Of a stretch of 64,000 nt of DNA, positions 59,726 through 64,000 are shown piece after piece. The stretch spans positions 521,994 through 585,993 of the forward strand of contig JBFXEV010000001.1 in NCBI GenBank assembly GCA_050179755.1. The letters are read 5' to 3'. The translations under genes and the position numbers were made by a program. Origin of the DNA: Candidatus Babeliales bacterium. Its GTDB lineage: Bacteria > Babelota > Babeliae > Babelales > JBFXEV01. The notes beneath the pieces were generated by a model. That model made no database searches. It was not told where the DNA came from and was given only the letters and a program-made list of their open reading frames with translations. Each line of letters begins with the position of its first letter. Position 1 is the first letter of the stretch.

Positions 59726-60706
59726 TCGTACGGCATTGCAATAATCGTGCTGTGTTGCAAGCGTGCTGTGACGGCCATGAGTTGCTGCATATTCAGTTAC
59801 TAAATTACCTTGCGCTCGCAATAATTTAACTGCAACCTGTGCATCGCCCGGTGCAACTGTTTTATCTGCCATGCTATAGCCAATAAAAACCGGCACCTGT
59901 TGAGGGAAGTGTGGCAGTGCATCAATGGTTTGTAGGCCATGTGTGTTATAAAGGGGAAATACGTTTATTAGTGTATGCAACATGCTGGTGGCGTAAGGAA
60001 CGTAAGAGAGATATGATTTTGCAATATGTTCTAGCAAAGAATCCACGCTCATATAAGGCGATTCAAGTATTACAGCTTTGAGCTTGGTGATATCAAGTTC
60101 TTTGTACGTTGCAAGCGTATTGATAATGGCCGATGCGCCGCGCGAGATACCTATAAGTACGATGTTTGCTTGTGGGTGCTTATGCTGCACTTCTTGATAC
60201 GCATTATATAAAAGAGCGTTATCATGATCTTGGCCAAAATTAAGTGTGCCAATTCTATCATGAAAAGAAAAGGTATAGCACGTGCTATTGATTGCGCCGC
60301 ATGTGATATATCGTTGCGGTTGCGTATTAGCAACGCTTGCACGTGGATCAATACCATGTGCAAATAAAAACACCGTAGATGGGTTTGCTTGCGATTCATT
60401 AAGAGCTATCAACTTGGGATAGACATCATGTGTTGCATCATCACTCATCATGTAATGAGTTATTGATATGCCGAGAGCAAGCGCTGCAGCACAGGCAATA
60501 ATTTTTTTATGTTCAGAAATAAAAGAACTCGCGGTTTTCATGCGTACCTGGGAAGATGTGCTATATGCCACTTCAGTTATGTGGCTTGCTTGCGCATTAA
60601 ACAGAGATAGTGCGCATAGCAGTATAGCCCTACAAGATATAGTATGAGTGAGCCCGCAACCGTTAAGCAAGAATTGAGAGTATGTTTTCAAAAAATTCAC
60701 TTTCAT
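59687..60706 (-). CDS. Alpha/beta hydrolase
   Basis: AHG, GISRGAS nucleophile elbow, LESPY, D..V, C-terminal H. Confidence 0.8.
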   Translation of the reverse strand: MKVNFLKTYSQFLLNGCGLTHTISCRAILLCALSLFNAQASHITEVAYSTSSQVRMKTASSFISEHKKIIACAAALALGISITHYMMSDDATHDVYPKLIALNESQANPSTVFLFAHGIDPRASVANTQPQRYITCGAINSTCYTFSFHDRIGTLNFGQDHDNALLYNAYQEVQHKHPQANIVLIGISRGASAIINTLATYKELDITKLKAVILESPYMSVDSLLEHIAKSYLSYVPYATSMLHTLINVFPLYNTHGLQTIDALPHFPQQVPVFIGYSMADKTVAPGDAQVAVKLLRAQGNLVTEYAATHGRHSTLATQHDYCNAVRLFLANIFSHDKK

Positions 60707-60808
60707 AAAGGAATAGCTGGAATAAAAGTCATTTAATCGACATCTAGAATATTGTGTGAACTTAAATAATAATCCGCAAGCTATATTAAGCATTAAATCA
60801 TCATTTTG

Positions 60809-61585
60809 TTACTCAACATCAAGGCAATCAATATACTGCATATAATAAGCAACCATTTTTACCACATCTTTGATGTGTTTATTCTTTAGATATTCATCTG
60901 GATCAGGAAGTTCGGAAGCATTTAATCGATTGTCTGCTAAAACTTGCCTTGTTGCAGACAATGCAACTTGTCTGCGAAAAACTGTTCGTTGCGTTTCCGG
61001 TGTTAACTTAAGAGTAACCTTATTGCTGCAAAGAGTATTAAGCATTGCAAGGTCAAGAACCACGTGTTGTTTTTCAGAATTTGTAAATGTAACATGCACC
61101 AGGGCCCGTTTATCTTCAAAAGTTGATTGAGCTTGATTAAATAGCGCATGTACTTGCACTTTTAAAATTGCTTGTTGATTGCCTGTCAACTGTTGCTTGC
61201 CTAAATTATTCTCGAAGGTAACTCTTTGAGTATTTGCACTGAAATGTATGCGTGTTGGTATCATGGTGATACGGTTGTTATTCATGCGTGCTGCTACTGC
61301 GGCTGCATGCGCTGTTAAAACTTGATTGAATGTATCCATGATTGATTTTTCGTAGCGCTGATCAAGTTGAGCAGCAATTACACTGCCTGGCATGTTTACG
61401 TCAATACAATATTCTATGCTTTTTTGAGGTAAGAGCCTTCTGACAAGAGTGACAGTACCCATCATTGAAAAAGTATTGGGATCACTCTCTTGTCTGGCCG
61501 AAGGCGGATTCATGGCTATTGTTGCAGGGGATATTAATAAAACAAGAGATAAGAATACTTGAGCTAGAGCATTTTTGAAAAACAT
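60809..61585 (-). CDS. Secreted hypothetical protein, probable paralog of 61616..62368
   Basis: Signal peptide; C-terminal RL..LPDP..Y..DVV.M..YY. Confidence 0.7.
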   Translation of the reverse strand: MFFKNALAQVFLSLVLLISPATIAMNPPSARQESDPNTFSMMGTVTLVRRLLPQKSIEYCIDVNMPGSVIAAQLDQRYEKSIMDTFNQVLTAHAAAVAARMNNNRITMIPTRIHFSANTQRVTFENNLGKQQLTGNQQAILKVQVHALFNQAQSTFEDKRALVHVTFTNSEKQHVVLDLAMLNTLCSNKVTLKLTPETQRTVFRRQVALSATRQVLADNRLNASELPDPDEYLKNKHIKDVVKMVAYYMQYIDCLDVE

Positions 61586-61615
61586 GGAGGTTCCTAAAAT
61601 TGTGTGAAAAAAAAC

Positions 61616-62368
61616 TTAATCAATATCCCCAATATCTTGGGTTGTTAAATAATATTTAAACAATGTAACTAAATCTTGCGTATATACTTTTCTATAATCA
61701 GCTTCAGGGTCAATGCGTTCGGCCAATCTGCCTGTTGCAAGTTGGTCATGGGCCTTCTGAGCTGCATTAACATATGATTGCTGAATGAGCTGGCTTCTTG
61801 TGCTATCATTGACTTGTAATTGATTTTGATCGGGAAAGATACAACGTAATCTGTCTACAGAAATCACATATGGCTTTCTACAACCTGTTGTTGGAAACAC
61901 GTATAATGAAAATGGGTTGGTTGTTAAAGTATTTTGTTTAGGGTCATGTGAACATGCCACGCGTGTTTCAAAAAAAGCTTGCACAGTATCACTGATTTGA
62001 TGCGTGCCATATTCTTCTCTTAATATAAACTTACCGGTATCAGGCTCATAATAAAAAGCTGACGGTATAATTTTCATTAGTTCAAAGTTTTGCGGAGTCA
62101 GATTATTTAGGTATGTAACAAGTACTTTTTGTAATTTACCTTTAAGCTCTGGGGCTCGCGATAGAAAATGCGCCTTTTTGGCAGCATCGGTGATTGCTTC
62201 TTGTGGTGCATCGATTTGTACTTGTACTTTTATCATCTTTCCAAGTGGCAAATTTGGCAAGCTGATTGCCACAGTGTCGGACACAAAATTTTTTGGTGCA
62301 TCCATCGCATATGCTGTAAATGAAAATGAAAAAATAAAAATGTAACGGTGCGTTATTTTAAAAATCAT
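61616..62368 (-). CDS. Secreted hypothetical protein, probable paralog of 60809..61585
   Basis: Start MIFKIT; C-terminal RL..IDP..Y..DLV.L..YY. Confidence 0.7.
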   Translation of the reverse strand: MIFKITHRYIFIFSFSFTAYAMDAPKNFVSDTVAISLPNLPLGKMIKVQVQIDAPQEAITDAAKKAHFLSRAPELKGKLQKVLVTYLNNLTPQNFELMKIIPSAFYYEPDTGKFILREEYGTHQISDTVQAFFETRVACSHDPKQNTLTTNPFSLYVFPTTGCRKPYVISVDRLRCIFPDQNQLQVNDSTRSQLIQQSYVNAAQKAHDQLATGRLAERIDPEADYRKVYTQDLVTLFKYYLTTQDIGDID

Positions 62369-62582
62369 ATTATTTTCTTGAATCGTCTTTAGACCACAAA
62401 TTGGCATGCGTTTGGCTATTTAAGCAGATTGTTTTCTTAATTTTTGTCGTGCTTGTGCTTCATTTTTTAGGTATCTTGCTTTCATGTTCATAGGTTAACA
62501 TATGCCATTGCTATAGGCTTGTGTGATAAAAAAGTACAAATGCCGAGTACGATTATTTTAATATTCATAAGAATGCTATAGG

Positions 62583-62967
62583 TTATTTCTCTAATAAGTC
62601 TTTAATTTGTTGAAATTCTTTTTGCTTTTCTTGCAACGTGCTTTCTACTTCAGCTGCTAAAACAGATAAACCATCTTGCTTTTCTCATAAATCAGCTTCA
62701 ACTATTGCTCCAGAAATTTTTACTTCATCGCGCTTGGTGCGTAGCACTGCATCAAAACCTTCTCTTGTTTTGTTTATTGCATCGCGTTTTCTTCGTACTT
62801 CGCGAACGAGTGTAAAATTTATTATAATTTGCATATGAGCTTGATACTCAAGTTCCTCATCAAGGCTAGATTCGCAGTTTGCATTTGGGTTATTGTCCAT
62901 AGCGCTTATTGGGTAAGCTGTAGCGACTAGGAGGCCAAAAAGACATAACAAAAATTAATTTTTGCAT
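62583..62967 (-). pseudogene. Disrupted secreted coiled-coil protein gene
   Basis: RBS plus ATG at 62967 is out of frame with the TTG ORF at 62951; in-frame TGA at 62685-62687 is followed by 33 more sense codons to TAA at 62583. Confidence 0.65.
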
Positions 62968-63084
62968 TGAAGATCCTTTAGATGAAAATTTTTTGAATAT
63001 TTTCAATATGCCATACATTAATTATTTTTACAATGAAAACATTGTATTAAAGGGATTTAAAAAGGGGTCAATTATTTTCTTGGT

Positions 63085-63567
63085 TTATTTTTCGGGATTT
63101 GTAGCTTTTCTACGCGCGTGCTCTCTGTCAAGGGCCTCTTCAATAAGAGTTAATAGCTCTTCCCTATATTTTTTTTCTTCTGATGGTCCACAATATGGAG
63201 GACAATCTTTAAAAGTTTCCATTTCTTCATCAACACAAATTTGTGCCAAGTTCATGAGTTCTGCTTTTCTGTTTTGCCATCTTTCTTCAATAGTTGCTTT
63301 ATCGCAAATTTGTGCTAAGTCCATGAGTTGTGCATTTTTGCTTTGCCATTTTTCATCAATAGCTGATTCTGCAGTTGCGCTCATAGTTGCATGCGAGGTT
63401 GCGCCAGATGCTCTATCTGATTTTGCAGTACGATTCATGATTCGCAGAGAACGCCTTAGCGTTTTAGCTTTTTTTATTGCTCTAGTAGGGTTTGCATCCA
63501 TAGCATTCACTAGGCTGGTTAAGCTGATTAAAGAACTTAAAATGAATAAGCAAATTATATTTTGCAT
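63085..63567 (-). CDS. Secreted hypothetical protein with a 23-aa tandem repeat
   Basis: Start MQNIICL; AIDEKWQSKNAQLMDLAQIC / TIEERWQNRKAELMNLAQIC, 69-bp period. Confidence 0.75.
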   Translation of the reverse strand: MQNIICLFILSSLISLTSLVNAMDANPTRAIKKAKTLRRSLRIMNRTAKSDRASGATSHATMSATAESAIDEKWQSKNAQLMDLAQICDKATIEERWQNRKAELMNLAQICVDEEMETFKDCPPYCGPSEEKKYREELLTLIEEALDREHARRKATNPEK

Positions 63568-63730
63568 AGTATACCCGCTACATGAGAAAAATATTAATAT
63601 TTTCAATATGCCAAAGATTGTTCATTTTTGCAATGAAAGCCCTATGGTATGGTAAGAGGCTTAAAAAAAAAGCACACCCTATAAAATCATGCAAAGAAGT
63701 CTTAAGGATGTGCTTTATGTGATTAACAAC

Positions 63731-64000
63731 TTAATAATCGCCGCCGCTTCTGCTGCCGCCATCACGGCCGCCACCATCGCGATCACGATCGCTTCTATCG
63801 CTTCGTTCACTGCGGCTGCTATCACCAGTATTAGGTCCACCGCCAACAGTGCCAGATGTTGCTGCAGCGCCAACTTTCTTTTGTATTGAATCTAAGAATT
63901 CTTGGTTGTTTTTAGTTTTCTTCATTTTATCAATTAAGAATTCCATGCCTTCAATAATATTCATAGTGCTCAAGAATTTACGTAGCACCCATGCTTTTTT
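63731..64000 (-). CDS. rho: Transcription termination factor Rho, 3' end only
   Basis: WVLRKFL..M..IEGMEFLIDKMKKTK.N.EFL matches the Rho C-terminal helices. Confidence 0.85.
   Translation of the reverse strand, partial: KKAWVLRKFLSTMNIIEGMEFLIDKMKKTKNNQEFLDSIQKKVGAAATSGTVGGGPNTGDSSRSERSDRSDRDRDGGGRDGGSRSGGDY

Noticed and set aside
62685..62687. TGA recoding (alternative genetic code or selenocysteine)
   Set aside because: Other genes here end in TGA (e.g. pth, HIT) and this gene also has a frameshift
62993..63655. 220-aa plus-strand ORF
   Set aside because: Antisense to the 63085..63567 gene; Ser/Phe-rich shadow translation

Overview
AT-rich, gene-dense bacterial chromosome segment. The gene repertoire is most consistent with an intracellular protist parasite of the Candidatus Dependentiae/Babelota (TM6) type; this is an inference from many signal-peptide orphans, WD40/ankyrin proteins, an Lpg1974-like porin and eukaryote-like enzymes. 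Housekeeping genes: alaS, pth, smpB, ssrA (tmRNA, absent from the ORF track), arfB, tsaD, skp/ompH, comEC and the 3' end of rho. Glycan genes: manC, DPM1-like GT2, gmd, fcl, GT32, exostosin-like and ArnT/PMT-like. Main discoveries: (1) two unlinked toxin-immunity loci (4610-7528 and 51291-53953) whose large proteins share a signal peptide plus a ~150-aa conserved domain but end in unrelated C-terminal tips (one EndoU nuclease), a candidate lineage-specific polymorphic toxin system; (2) about 14 secreted proteins whose predicted mature chain starts with Met, mostly M-D/E/N/Q; (3) a cluster of nucleotide house-cleaning enzymes with signal peptides, including a Ham1/ITPase-MazG-like fusion; (4) a WD40 gene with near-identical 123-bp repeats; (5) GIY-YIG/REP-like and TIR-bounded non-coding elements; (6) tandem paralog pairs with duplicated promoters. 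No CRISPR array, rRNA, integrase or intact transposase was seen. All family calls come from motif recognition by eye, not database searches.
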